Shown here: positions 43,435-54,081 of the stretch, piece by piece
Layout: the number at the start of each line of letters is the position of its first letter
Numbering within the stretch: position 1 is the first letter of the stretch
Assembly: GCA_963745835.1 (NCBI GenBank)
Contig: CAVUZH010000003.1
Location: 1,120,001-1,184,000, forward strand
DNA from: an uncultured delta proteobacterium
GTDB taxonomy: Bacteria; Desulfobacterota; Binatia; UBA9968
Direction: 5' to 3'
DNA length: 64,000 bases
The notes under the pieces: model-generated
What the model was told of the DNA's origin: nothing
What the model saw: only the letters and a program-made list of their open reading frames with translations
Databases searched by the model: none
Made by a program: the position numbers and the translations under genes

Positions 43435-45087
43435 ATGTATCTTTACAGATTTTTAATCGTCTCGTGTTTTGGTCTTTTCATCTCTTGTTCGAGCATCAAT
43501 CCCAAAGCTCCGGGTAATGGACCTTTGCGGATTCATCGTGCAAATCCTATCTATTTTACGGATAATTCAGGAAAAGCGATCTACCTTTCGGGACACCAGT
43601 CTTTCATTGACCTGCAGGATCCTGCTTCAAGGATGCTGGATTGGCCATGGTACCTTCAACTCCTGACTGACAAGAACATAAACTATATACGGAATTGGAG
43701 CGAGTCCGCTTTCACTGCCAGTCCGGCCGGCGTGTCTCCCTTGCCTTATAAGCGTGTTTCCGGATACGGGAATGCGAACGACGGCGGTGAAAAATTTGAT
43801 CTTTATCAATTTGAACAATCTTTCTTTGATAGAATGCGCGAAAGAGCGATCGACCTTGGGAATAGAGGCATATATATCAGCTATATGCTTTTTGATGTAT
43901 ATGGCTTTGAAAGCCGCCAGAACCCCGGTGGAGGTTTAAATCAAGTTTTTAATGCGAGCAATAATATCAATGGGATTGAAGCCAGTGACCTGTCTTTCTT
44001 TTTCTCGCCTTCTCCGGAATTAGTGGCTCTCCAGAAGGCGTATGTCAGCAAAGTGATAGATACAGTAGGCGACCTGGATAACGTTTTTTTTGAGATAGCC
44101 AATGAGTTAGGAGCGGTGAGCTGGCAATACGAGATCATCAACCACATTAAAAATTATGAGGCATCCAGGCCAAAACAGCATCTGATATTATACAGCCCTG
44201 CTGGCTTGTTAAGGGACGGGACAAATTACCACGACAGTTCTTTGGACGAAGCTTATGCCAGCGGAGCAAGCGTATACTCCGTTGCAAGCGGGTGGGCAGA
44301 TTATATAAACAATCCTCCAATAAATAATACCCGCGTCCCTCTGATTATAGACATGGATCACATATCAGGTTGGCGTGATCAATCCATGAGCACGCTCGCT
44401 CAAATCCCATGGAAAGCGTTCATGCGGGGCTATCACTTCAACTTGTACGATGCGCCGTTTGAAGATCCGACAATGGAGAGGGCTGACTGGGATAAATATC
44501 GAACCTCAACGGGCAGCACGGTTAATTATGCGAAAAGAATTGCGGATCTTGCCGGAATGCTCCCATCCACAGAGGTAAGCTCAACCGGTTTCGCTCTTGC
44601 CAAAGCAGGTTCTGATTATCTCGTCTACGCGCCCGGCGGAGGTTCTTTCAACGTAGATCTGCGGAACGGAAATTATTTTTACGAATGGTTTGATCCCAAT
44701 ACCGCAAGGCTCATAAATACGGGCTGTGTAAAGGCTTTGGGAGGTTTACAGTCTTTTTCACCTCCTTTCTCGGGCGATGCGGTGCTGTATCTTACTTCAG
44801 GCACTTCTCCGACTCGGCCTCCATCTGTTCCAAGCAGGTGCGGTACTATATGGAACTCCTATCTTGCTGTCCCGAAGCTTTCTTTACTTATTCCCCCCAT
44901 CGGTCGTGAGTTGCCAGCCGGCGCGAATCTTGCTCCTTCGCACCGATCGAGCGTTTTGAGACCGTTATGTGTTGCTCATTCAGTCACAAAGACATGGAGG
45001 TTTTGCCATGGACGGGGAGTGGAAGTGCCGGAGATCTTGAAGCCTTTGTATTCGAGCATTGCAGTGTGTCCCATGCTTCAAAGTTAG
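43435..45087 (+). CDS. Lipoprotein, glycoside-hydrolase-like TIM barrel plus putative collagen-binding domain
   Basis: Lipobox-like ISC; NPIYFTD, FDLYQF..FFDR, NVFFEIANE, YLVY...YEWFDP...DAVLYL. Confidence 0.7.
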   Translation: MYLYRFLIVSCFGLFISCSSINPKAPGNGPLRIHRANPIYFTDNSGKAIYLSGHQSFIDLQDPASRMLDWPWYLQLLTDKNINYIRNWSESAFTASPAGVSPLPYKRVSGYGNANDGGEKFDLYQFEQSFFDRMRERAIDLGNRGIYISYMLFDVYGFESRQNPGGGLNQVFNASNNINGIEASDLSFFFSPSPELVALQKAYVSKVIDTVGDLDNVFFEIANELGAVSWQYEIINHIKNYEASRPKQHLILYSPAGLLRDGTNYHDSSLDEAYASGASVYSVASGWADYINNPPINNTRVPLIIDMDHISGWRDQSMSTLAQIPWKAFMRGYHFNLYDAPFEDPTMERADWDKYRTSTGSTVNYAKRIADLAGMLPSTEVSSTGFALAKAGSDYLVYAPGGGSFNVDLRNGNYFYEWFDPNTARLINTGCVKALGGLQSFSPPFSGDAVLYLTSGTSPTRPPSVPSRCGTIWNSYLAVPKLSLLIPPIGRELPAGANLAPSHRSSVLRPLCVAHSVTKTWRFCHGRGVEVPEILKPLYSSIAVCPMLQS

Positions 45088-45165
45088 TGATGTAAACATT
45101 GCGTTGTCGGATTCAGAATTGCGCAGCCTGCCTAGTAGTAGTCAATTCACATCACAAATTTTTAA

Positions 45166-46682
45166 TGTTGTAGTTCAGCCAATATGTCACCTTAACTGCT
45201 CAGCGAAAATGTCACCCCTGAGTGGTAGTGTGGTAAGGTTTCAGTTCGATTGTGAGATCTCCATCAGGGTTGATTTTGGGGGTACCTAGGTGCCCGCCAG
45301 TCCGAGAACGTGCGTTATAAGCGAAATACGGCGGTGGTTTTTTAGATTGTTTTCTCGAATCGAGGAGTTTTCTGTCTTTGACCGAGCGATAATGCCGGCG
45401 CAAGGTTCTTAATGGTCCTTGCACCGCAGGAGGAGGGCTCTCCAAGAGCAGCTCGTTTTTGCAGTACACGCGCCAACGGCCATCGAGCAATTGACGGATC
45501 TCGACACGGGCTCTGGCATATCCTCGACGATGCGGTCCCGCCGGGATGTCGAGGATCATTCCTGAAAGCCGCACTGCATTATCATTGCCGACGGTGGCTT
45601 CATAGAGAAAACTGCAGGTCCGATCGACATCGACTGTTTTGGGCAGAGGACGCCAGGCTGGTTGGCTTTCTCTGGCCGGTTTGGCAAAGCGGGTGTTGAA
45701 ATCGGTTTTGAACGGGCCGTTCACAAAGAGCGTCGCTTGTTGGGGGCTGGTGATCCGTGCCAGCCTGAGCTCCTGGACCAACCGATCCTGCAAAGTATTA
45801 AACAGCCGCTCCACACGTCCCTTGGCTTGAGGCGAGAGTGCAAAGATCGGCTTTATACCGAAAGCCAAAAGCGCCTGAGTCACTTGAGTGGGCGTTTGTT
45901 GCCCGGCCAGCTGCTCTTGCACGGTCCAGTGATCGTCGTTACGACGGAAGATCCCATGGCGATCCATGTACATGGCCAAGGGAATGCCGTTCTCGAGCAC
46001 GATCTGTCTGAGGCAGATCAAATAGCTCTGGGCATCCTCCTGGCGGGCAAACACGCCGCACACCAACTTCCCCGTGGCATCATCGATCGCCGCCATCAAA
46101 CTCCACTCGCCGAACTTCTCTCCAAACCAGCGGTGAGGACTCCCGTCCCACAACAACAGAGATCCTTCCTGGGCTTTGCGCTCGCGGCGCTTGTAGTGGC
46201 GCTTGACACCGCGCTTTCGCACCGCAGCGATCCCGGCCTCACGCAACACCCGGCGCACCGTGGCGCGCGATACCTCGAGCTTTTCTTTCTCCTTGAGCTT
46301 CTCGGTCAGGTGCGTGTCGTTGAGTCCCTGGTAGCGTCCACGTGCCAATGCGATCACCTTCTGCATTCTTTGCGATGCCGTCTTGTTCCAGGCCGCTTTG
46401 CCGCGATTGCCATGCATTAGACCTTCGCTACCTCGCTCTTTTATCTTTCGCCGCAGCCGTTTCATCTGGCGCGCCGAGATCTCCAAAAGCTTCGCCCCCT
46501 TGCCCACGCTCTCTCGCCCCTCTAACGTCAATCGAACCACATGCAGTCGATGTAATTCTCTCTGACTCACCCTCATCTCCCTTTCGCTCATCCCATCTCC
46601 TCCTTCTCGGAGAAGATCCTACCCGAAGGGGTGTCAGAATCGCTGAACAGTTTTGGGGTGACATTTTCGCTGAACTACCACA
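45166..46682 (-). mobile_element. IS1202-family (ISNCY) insertion sequence with 16-bp target duplication
   Basis: Ends TGTTGTAGTTCAGC / GCTGAACTACCACA, subterminal repeats; catcacaaatttttaa at 45150-45165 and 46683-46698. Confidence 0.9.
45212..46591 (-). CDS. IS1202/ISNCY transposase
   Basis: HGNRG, WDGSPH, IDDATG, YMDRH, SPQAKGRVER. Confidence 0.93.
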   Translation of the reverse strand: MSEREMRVSQRELHRLHVVRLTLEGRESVGKGAKLLEISARQMKRLRRKIKERGSEGLMHGNRGKAAWNKTASQRMQKVIALARGRYQGLNDTHLTEKLKEKEKLEVSRATVRRVLREAGIAAVRKRGVKRHYKRRERKAQEGSLLLWDGSPHRWFGEKFGEWSLMAAIDDATGKLVCGVFARQEDAQSYLICLRQIVLENGIPLAMYMDRHGIFRRNDDHWTVQEQLAGQQTPTQVTQALLAFGIKPIFALSPQAKGRVERLFNTLQDRLVQELRLARITSPQQATLFVNGPFKTDFNTRFAKPARESQPAWRPLPKTVDVDRTCSFLYEATVGNDNAVRLSGMILDIPAGPHRRGYARARVEIRQLLDGRWRVYCKNELLLESPPPAVQGPLRTLRRHYRSVKDRKLLDSRKQSKKPPPYFAYNARSRTGGHLGTPKINPDGDLTIELKPYHTTTQG

Positions 46683-46781
46683 CATCACAAATTTTTAATT
46701 GACAGTAGATCACTGACGCATGTATTAGGATGAAACCACTTCTCGTTATCCTCACGTCACATTCACTTAGGGGGTCGAACT

Positions 46782-47687
46782 TTGAAAAAGCAAGTAATCG
46801 TGTACTCGGTTTTGTTGTTCGCAACTATTCTGCTTATGTTGACGACGCCTAACATATCCAGTAGCCAATCTGTCTTCGAAGCGTCTCTGCCCACCGTGTG
46901 GCGACCCAGCAATGGCACTTGGTTTATCCTCGACGGTTCCACACCCCGGGTAGTACAGTGGGGTGTCGGTGGTGACATTCCAGTGCCCGGTGATTATGAC
47001 GGCACCGGTAACACGTTAGACGACCTTGCCGTCTGGCGACCTAGCAACGGCACTTGGTTCATCCTTCAGTCGAATAACAACACACGGATCGTACAGTGGG
47101 GTGTTGGTGGTGACATTCCAGTGCCCGGTGACTATGACGGTGACGGTAAGACCGATATCGCTGTATGGCGGCCCGATGAAGGCAATTGGTACGTCATCAA
47201 CAGCACCGCTAATATTCCAATGGTTATACAGTGGGGTGTCGGTGGTGACATTCCAGTGCCCGGGGACTACGATGGTGACGGTAAGACCGATCTCGCTGTA
47301 TGGCGGCCCGATGAAGGCAATTGGTACGTCATCAACATTGCGACGAAGGCGTCACGGATTGTGAGGTGGGGTATGGGTGGTGACATTCCAGTGCCCGGGG
47401 ACTACGATGGTGACGGTAAGACCGATCTCGCTGTATGGCGGCCTCATGAAGGCAATTGGTACGTCATCAACAGTGCGACGAATACCACACGGGTGGTGCA
47501 GTGGGGTCGTGGTGGTGATATTCCAGTGCCGAGTGACTATAGCGTTAATGGGTCTGCTTTTGACTTGCGGACGGACTTTGTTGTATGGCGGCCTAGGGAA
47601 GGAAACTGGTACATCCTGAACAGCGCGACTGGTACCACAACAGTAGTGCAGTGGGGTCGTAGTGGTGATATTCCAGTTTCCGATTGA
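46782..47687 (+). CDS. Secreted FG-GAP/VCBS repeat (beta-propeller) protein
   Basis: Signal peptide plus six WG.GGDIPVPGDYDGDGKTD.AVWRP repeats. Confidence 0.88.
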   Translation: MKKQVIVYSVLLFATILLMLTTPNISSSQSVFEASLPTVWRPSNGTWFILDGSTPRVVQWGVGGDIPVPGDYDGTGNTLDDLAVWRPSNGTWFILQSNNNTRIVQWGVGGDIPVPGDYDGDGKTDIAVWRPDEGNWYVINSTANIPMVIQWGVGGDIPVPGDYDGDGKTDLAVWRPDEGNWYVINIATKASRIVRWGMGGDIPVPGDYDGDGKTDLAVWRPHEGNWYVINSATNTTRVVQWGRGGDIPVPSDYSVNGSAFDLRTDFVVWRPREGNWYILNSATGTTTVVQWGRSGDIPVSD

Positions 47688-47825
47688 GTTTCTATTGGTT
47701 ACGTAGTCGTCAAGCAACAAACTGTTCTCTGAGTTTTTGTCTGACGTCAAGACTATGCGTTTTCGGTGTCGCCCTGCTAAAGGGTAGTCTCGATTAAGCG
47801 CCGAAGATACAGCCGTAACTACTCC

Positions 47826-47945
47826 TTGCGGCAGCCGAGCCTCGCCTTCCCGCAGATTGCGCTCATGCTGCGCGATCTCGGCCTCTAGTTCACGGATGCG
47901 TTTCAGCATTGCTTCACGTTCGAGAGTCTTTTGCGGGTCCAGCAT
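47826..47945 (-). CDS. Small coiled-coil protein, copy 2 (homologous part only; true end unclear)
   Basis: MLDPQKTLEREAMLKRIRELEAEIAQHERNLRE. Confidence 0.55.
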
Positions 47946-48206
47946 AATGAGTGGCGCAGCTTATATGCTTGGGCAGACTAGACGTCAAGGGTTCGGCGCC
48001 GGGAGTCTCAGCGTACAATTTTTCGTGGCGTTGAACTACTTGATCGAGCTATCGCCATTGTGCTATTAACCTCGTCCACTTCGAATTGTACGTGCTCGGT
48101 TTCAACTCTAGCCCTGGCCGGGTGTTCCCATGATCCCGTGAAACTCTCGCATTGAGAGTTTGCCGGCCGCTAAGTGCCAGATTCTGTTTCTGGCGGAAAT
48201 TGGACG

Positions 48207-48389
48207 ATGAAAAACAAGCTGGTAGCGGAACTAGCAAGACTTGAAGTCGAGCACGGTCATGAATGGCGCGGAATACTTCAAGAACAATTTGGCCGGCTGT
48301 GGCTCAGGGTAAACGTGCCGGAAGAGAAGCCGGCAAAGGAACCGCTAAAACTGCCTAAGATCAGGGGTCAGGGCGGCAAAGTCGCGTAA
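48207..48389 (+). CDS. Small hypothetical protein
   Basis: 60-aa ORF MKNKLVAELARLE..., plausible composition. Confidence 0.4.
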   Translation: MKNKLVAELARLEVEHGHEWRGILQEQFGRLWLRVNVPEEKPAKEPLKLPKIRGQGGKVA

Positions 48390-49172
48390 ATGCATCATCC
48401 CCGGTTACTGTCCAGAATTACGACCGCGGCGTTTTGATGAGAAGAAATGGAGGACGGCCAAGCTGGGGCGGAGGGAGCTTGACATCATAGCCGCGTAGCC
48501 TGAGCTTTTTTGCTCGAGCTAACGCTGCCAGCCAGTTTTCAAATGACTCGCGCCTTGGGTCTGCGATCACCTGGTTTAGATTCTTTTGTTTGGTGAGGAT
48601 GGGAGTGTCTTTGCTTTGTTTCAAGTTCGTCTTTCCACCCGACCGGAACCGGTCCATCTTGCAGCGACTCCAACCGCAATGAAAGGGCCATGGACAAGAG
48701 CACGTAATCTGTCGGTCTTTGAAACTTCGGCGAGCGCTAAAGTACCGTACCGTTTGTCACAGAGTGACATCTGTGACGTCAAATTGCCAGATGCGAAGAG
48801 AAAGACCACAAAGACCTGCCGAAACTATGCGATGAAATCGCTACTGAGTGGCACCCATACATGATCGGACCCGATGCCGTAACAACCCGGACCTGCTTCG
48901 GTCGTGCTGGCGCATTCGGCTGGATCCGATCGATCACGAGACTAACCGCATTCTGAATGCTGCCCTGAACCGTCTTCAAATCTGGCGACCGGCTGATGAT
49001 ATCGGGTGTTTTCTTAGGCTTAGGCATTCCCATTATGTTGTCCCTTGAACTGAAAAGGGTTTGTGATAGTTACCCCGGACATTTGCACCGGGAGATACTC
49101 ACATGTTTAATTTGCCCACACTATTGTCCGAGCATAAGGGACACACTGAGCTGCCCCGGGTTTCACGGACAG

Positions 49173-50038
49173 TTAATTAGACGACACTTCAATGGACTTG
49201 TACTGCACGGGCGGTTGATAACTCAACGACTGATGAAGTCGTTTACGATTGTAAAACAGTTCGATGTACTCAAAGATTTCGCTTCGTGCTTCATCGCGCG
49301 TTTGAAAGTTGCGGTGGTGAACGAGTTCATTCTTTAAGGAACTGAAGAAGCTTTCAGCCACAGCGTTATCATAGCAGTTGCCCTTGCCGCTCATACTGCG
49401 CAGCATCCCATACTGTTTTAGCAATGCTAGATAACTCCCGCTCGAGTACAAAATTCCCTGGTCGCTGTGGTGAATAAGGCCCGGGTTGGGTCGGCGCTGC
49501 TCCACCGCCATCATCAGCGCTTCATTGACTAGCTCCTGGTTAGGGCGGTCCTTCATCGACCAACCGACCACTAGCCGAGTATGCAAGTCGATCATCACGG
49601 CCAGGTACAACCATCCTGAGCGCGTCGGTATAAAAGTGACATCAGTCACCCAGATCTGATCGGGGAAAGCGGCCTTGAACGGCCAGCGTAAAAGATTCGC
49701 TGCCGCAGGGGCCGTGTTGCGGGCCTGAGAGCCCAGTCTGAATTCGCGCTTGCGACGCGATTCGATCCCGGCCTGACGCCGTAGCCGGGCCACTCGATGC
49801 CTGCCACATACCATCCCCCCTGTTTCAGACTCCGCCACGTCTTGGTTGCACCGTAAGCCTCCTTGCTCTCCTGATGGATCTTGCGAATCTCCTTGAGCAG
49901 AACACCGTCCTGTTGACTGCGTTTAGACTCCTCATGCCCCGCCCAGTCGTAGTACCCGCTGCGGCTGACTTGTAGAACTTGGCACATACGCTTGACGTCA
50001 AACTCTGCGCGGTTGGCTCGCATAAAGGCGTACTTCAC
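49173..50038 (-). CDS. IS3 transposase OrfB (1-nt frameshift in a G run near 49820)
   Basis: WVTDVT, HHSDQG, GNCYDNAVAESFF, YNRKRLH. Confidence 0.88.
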
Positions 50039-50328
50039 TTGAGCTCCTTGGCAAAGTACGCGGCTGCCTTTTTTAAAATGTCTCGCTCCTCCTTAAGCCG
50101 CTCCAGTTCTTCCCGCAGTCGAGTCACCTCGTCACTGCTCTCTAGTCGGCGTCCCTTCCCCGGAAAAGCCCGCTTGCCACTTCGGCTGAGTTGATCTTTC
50201 CACTTGTAGAGTTGATTGCGACGAACCCCAAGTTCCCGAGCAAGATCGCTTGGCTGTTTCTTCGAGGTCTCTAATAACCGAACGGCTTCTCCTTTGAACT
50301 CTGCGCTAAACTGCTTGCGCTTCGTCAT
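50035..50328 (-). CDS. IS3 transposase OrfA
   Basis: FSAEFK.EAV, HTH, ERDILKKAAAYF. Confidence 0.92.
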   Translation of the reverse strand: MTKRKQFSAEFKGEAVRLLETSKKQPSDLARELGVRRNQLYKWKDQLSRSGKRAFPGKGRRLESSDEVTRLREELERLKEERDILKKAAAYFAKELK

Positions 50329-51345
50329 CGAACACCTCCTCCAGGGGCTCTTGCCCCTTTTCTAGGTGTCCGTCAAACCCGGGCTACCTCACATATTTCT
50401 TACCTCATTATTGACGATCCTTTTCCTGGCTGTTTGTCTCAGCGGTTGCAGTAACAAAGATTCACTAGAGTCTTTGGAGATCGATGTTATGGCGTGGAAT
50501 GAAAAAGTAGACGACCTCAAAGCCAAAATAAAAAAAGGCTGCTGCTGATAATGATTCGGTTGCACATCTGAGCAACGAAGAAGAGGCTAAACGTCTCGAA
50601 GTCGAGCTTGAAACATTACAGGAACGGAATCGTGCATTGGAGGCCGAACGAGAAAGGAAACTATGATTATTGTACGATGTAGCATCAAGCCATTACACTG
50701 GCTGGGGATTCACGTTGAAGACGAGCTTCCGCCACAGTTACAATCCAGCTATGCTGCCGGTCACATCCCCCATTCTGTTCAATCGCCGCTTGACCGTCGT
50801 ATAACCGCCGCCCTCATATAGTTGAGGGCATTTGGTTTCTCTTATGCGTGCTCCGCTTCACTGTGCGAGTCGAGCGCATTCGAGATGCACAAAACTATTG
50901 CATTACAGAATTTTGACGACGATCTTTTACCGTTGCTTTCAAATGCGGATGATAGGCAAGAGAAATGCGCGTATGCTTTTCGCAAGTTTTCAATCGAATC
51001 TCCTCGAGGTCAAAAGTATTCTGAGCGGGCAAATGATCACCGGTTAATCTTTTGCCTTTGCGACTCTCATGCTCTTGTTCGAAACATCGACTTAGGCGCG
51101 CTAGAAGTACATTTCCGTTCGCATCTTTGGATACGCTGCTTGTTAATCCCCATGCTAAAGCGAGCACCCGCGTATTGATTTGGTTTAAATCTAACGGTCC
51201 GCTGTGATGCTGGCATCATCTTCGGCGTGGGGAATCATCCACGTATACAGAAGAGCCGCAAAATCACCGGCCTCCAGCAGCCAGACGGTTAATACGTGCG
51301 TCTAATGACACTTCCGTAGATAAATAGCGACAGCGACTCATCGTT

Positions 51346-51540
51346 TCAGGCGGCCTTCTTTCGTCGAGCGGCGCCTAACAGCTTTTGCTGCAACCAGCGT
51401 ATAAGCTGTTCATCGACCTCTTCGCTTCCGCCGTTAGGAACGATGGTCGGTAAACTATTGAAACCATCTAAGAAAATCAGAAGCACCGACGCGGGGATTG
51501 ATTTTTGATCCCTTCCTTGTGTATTGTTCGTTCTGTTCAC
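51346..51540 (-). CDS. Small hypothetical protein
   Basis: AAAGGAG SD; downstream of the Xis-like gene. Confidence 0.45.
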   Translation of the reverse strand: MNRTNNTQGRDQKSIPASVLLIFLDGFNSLPTIVPNGGSEEVDEQLIRWLQQKLLGAARRKKAA

Positions 51541-51616
51541 AGTCTTTTCTCCTTTCTGATTTGTTGCGCCTCTTCTGGTTGCCGGCCAAAGCTATCCAGA
51601 AGGGGCGCAGGTGTTT

Positions 51617-51817
51617 TTAGCGCCCCACTGGCTGTTGATTGGATCTATTTTCGCGCTGAACGCGCAGTCGTTCGACGTCCGAGTGCGCAAATAGGCGATG
51701 GCCTTTACCGACCCGGATTGCTGGTAAGATCCCATCCCACTCAAACCGTCGAACTGAATCCGACGATAAGTCGAGAAGTCTGGTGGCCTGGGATACCGTA
51801 AGGAATTGCTGGTCCAT
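51617..51817 (-). CDS. MerR/excisionase-type HTH protein (probable recombination directionality factor)
   Basis: FLTVSQATRLLDLSSDSVRRFEWDGILPAIRVGKGHRLF; GGAGG SD. Confidence 0.8.
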   Translation of the reverse strand: MDQQFLTVSQATRLLDLSSDSVRRFEWDGILPAIRVGKGHRLFAHSDVERLRVQRENRSNQQPVGR

Positions 51818-51955
51818 GTCTTTAGATCCTCCATTAGTGAGGGACATGGACAGAATATTAAACGGGCATGAAAACTAAATCACGGAAATTACCGATAGAA
51901 TGCACTAAAAAGATGGTCAGAAAATACCGGATAACAATTTTCTTAACCCTTAGCT

Positions 51956-52988
51956 TTACTCCCAGTCCCACTCCCAGGTTTCACGGCGTGGCGGCGGATC
52001 GCTGAGAGCTGATTCGTTTCTCTCAGGGTCATACGTCCAGCTTCCGCCGTATGGAGGGGGTTTACCATGCACCACATCTCCCTTCTTATATTTGCCTTCG
52101 ATGACATTCTTTAAAATTCGCTTTCGTTCCTCGCGTTTTGGCTTAGGCGTATCGATGTACACTTCAAAGCCTTGTTCCAATTGACAGAGTATCGACTTCC
52201 AAGATTTCATATTAGATTTTACTGTTTCAACTCTTTGCGTTGTCGCATGACGTAGCGTTTGATTTTCTTTTGGATCGTTGCCCGACCTCAGTATCCTCAA
52301 CAGTCGTCCGGTCAGCCGATGACTGCTCCCGCAAATTTATCTTTGCGAGGCGCTCGTGAACAGCCAGTGAAAAAAGACTTCCTCGCGGATCAGATTTTCT
52401 GCCAACGCGCGCACTTTTGGTCCGGAGTTGCCCATTGAGACGATTCGCCGCTTCTGCAAAACACTTATAAAGCGGAAAGCGATTAGCCATCTCTTCTTCG
52501 ATGCGAAACGGTAAAACTTCCGCGCTTGTAAGCGCGTAGTTTTTTGGCCTTCTATCATTGACTTCCATGGGTTTAGGATGAATTTCTCGTACCACTCATA
52601 ACTCGAAACCGATAGTGTTGGATTCTTTTTGTTTTCATCCGCAACCGCATTTAACACCTGAATCGCGCCGGATACGATGATTCCTGGCGGACTCGGCGGT
52701 AAAGTGGAGAGATCTAGCTTCAACCTTTTTCCGCTGATTGATCCGAAACTTCTTTGCGTATGCGGTCCCAAGCAGTGACGCTCTGCTTAGGAAATCAATG
52801 TACTGGAGGTCGGCAATAGTCGCGCCGGCTTGGAAAACATCTCTGTAGGCTGGGTAAAAAGGCTGATCGTGGAAAAAGGAAATCTCCTGTTCGTACCACG
52901 AGTCGAATCCCTGTCGTAATTCTTTTTGCTGCGCTGTGCTAGGTTGGAAAGTAACATTGCAGTTCGCGGGTTTTGGCATTGGCGTCAT
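51956..52988 (-). pseudogene. Fragmented hypothetical gene of island A
   Basis: Four overlapping ORF pieces behind an AAGGAG SD at 52988. Confidence 0.5.
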
Positions 52989-53020
52989 CTCTCCTTGACG
53001 TGCTCTCGTTGTAGGGATGG

Positions 53021-53067
53021 GCCTCAGGCCGGCGAGAGTACCGGCTTTCGGGAGCTACCCTAGAGGC
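53021..53067 (-). ncRNA. Structured leader motif (three-way junction with possible pseudoknot)
   Basis: gcctc-tagggtagctccc-gaaa-gccgg-tactctcg-ccggc-ct-gaggc; loop ctctcg is complementary to downstream cgagag. Confidence 0.5.
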
Positions 53068-53537
53068 TTTGCGTGTAAACGGCTCTATCCTAAACGTTAT
53101 GTATGTAAGCACCAATGATTGTTTTACTTAGATCGCTGGCAACGTGGGGCGATACAATTGCTCTCGTGCTGGAGCATCTCTTGCCGCTGAGCATCCGCTG
53201 CTTCGAGTGTTAGGCCAACGCTGCCGATCGCGGGCACGGGGATGGTTTTGTGAAGTGTCATGTCTGCGGCGCACCGCATGGTTAAAGCTTTGCACCCCTA
53301 CAGTTTAGAAAGAAATTGGTCAGCGGCAAGCATTCGCTGTTGATCCGCAGATAGCCTTTCGATCATTCGTCGCACACCCCAATATAGGCCCTCAACCAAA
53401 GGACCTTACGTTGTCCTTGAATGCTTACTGTCGCGGAAATGTTCGTCGGTCTCTTCTGATAAGTCTCGAGCTTTTCTATAAGGCTTTCAGTTAGTCCGAG
53501 TTCCCCTCTACTACTCGGCTTGGTTCCTAAGCGACGA

Positions 53538-53939
53538 TTACTTTGAAACCCTTTGCGTGTTTTTTAAGTCCAAGCCCCAGTCGTGTGTCAACGGATTCCG
53601 AAAGACGTGGTAGATCGCCGCGGCTCCGACAGGGGGTGGTACACTAGTTTTAGGCTCGAGATCCCAGGGAAAATAATCTTCAAGAACCCCTTTAAACCTT
53701 TCGCCCACATGGGATGTCTTTTGGTCATACAATACGGTTGATGCCCCAGCGATCACCGCTGTCAGAACATCTGTGATCGCAAAGTTGCATCTCGCTCGGA
53801 GACCATGGTTCCCAATGGGAAGCCGCAGCATGCTGTGTACATCGCTAAATCTTAACTTTTCGACCCGTTCAATTATTTCCCGAACTCTCGGAGGAGTTGC
53901 AGGGTCCAGAATGAGGGACTTATAGCTCATCGGGAGCAT
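53538..53939 (-). CDS. Hypothetical protein (possibly truncated)
   Basis: 133-aa ORF with YHVFRNPLTH, an RxxxxH motif reminiscent of HEPN domains. Confidence 0.5.
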   Translation of the reverse strand: MLPMSYKSLILDPATPPRVREIIERVEKLRFSDVHSMLRLPIGNHGLRARCNFAITDVLTAVIAGASTVLYDQKTSHVGERFKGVLEDYFPWDLEPKTSVPPPVGAAAIYHVFRNPLTHDWGLDLKNTQRVSK

Positions 53940-54052
53940 CGCCTCGCGAGTATTCGTGTAAACACCCTGTAAACAAATTTCCTATCAAACTGGCAGTTTC
54001 TGAACAAATGTGAATAATCCGATGATTCTGAACAGGAGCATGAAAGGGAATT

Positions 54053-54081
54053 AAAAAACGGGGAGTTGGTTAACTCCCCGT
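54053..54081 (-). terminator. Rho-independent terminator downstream of the tRNA 5' half
   Basis: cggggagtt-aacc-aactccccg followed by TTTTTT on the minus strand. Confidence 0.75.

Larger units (their letters stand above)
49147..50391 (-). mobile_element. IS3-family insertion sequence
   Basis: TIRs tgagctgccccgggtttcacggaca / tgtccgtcaaacccgggctacctca; orfA plus orfB. Confidence 0.92.
49103..50666 (+). pseudogene. Small coiled-coil lipoprotein gene interrupted by IS3
   Basis: Removing the IS joins MFNLPTLLSEHKGH to IFLTSLLTILFLAVCLSGC (lipobox); GGAG SD. Confidence 0.6.

Noticed and set aside
45412-46698. Plus-strand ORFs within the IS1202 element
   Set aside because: Antisense shadows of the transposase
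46900-47687. Near-identical repeats as DGR template/variable regions
   Set aside because: They are in-frame FG-GAP repeats; no reverse transcriptase is present and I saw no adenine-specific mismatch pattern
47352-47825. 197-aa ORF antisense to the FG-GAP gene
   Set aside because: Only the first ~40 codons have a paralogue; the rest is shadow of the repeat gene
53021-53067. Hammerhead ribozyme (GAAA and CUGA present)
   Set aside because: No CUGANGA core and the stem order does not fit
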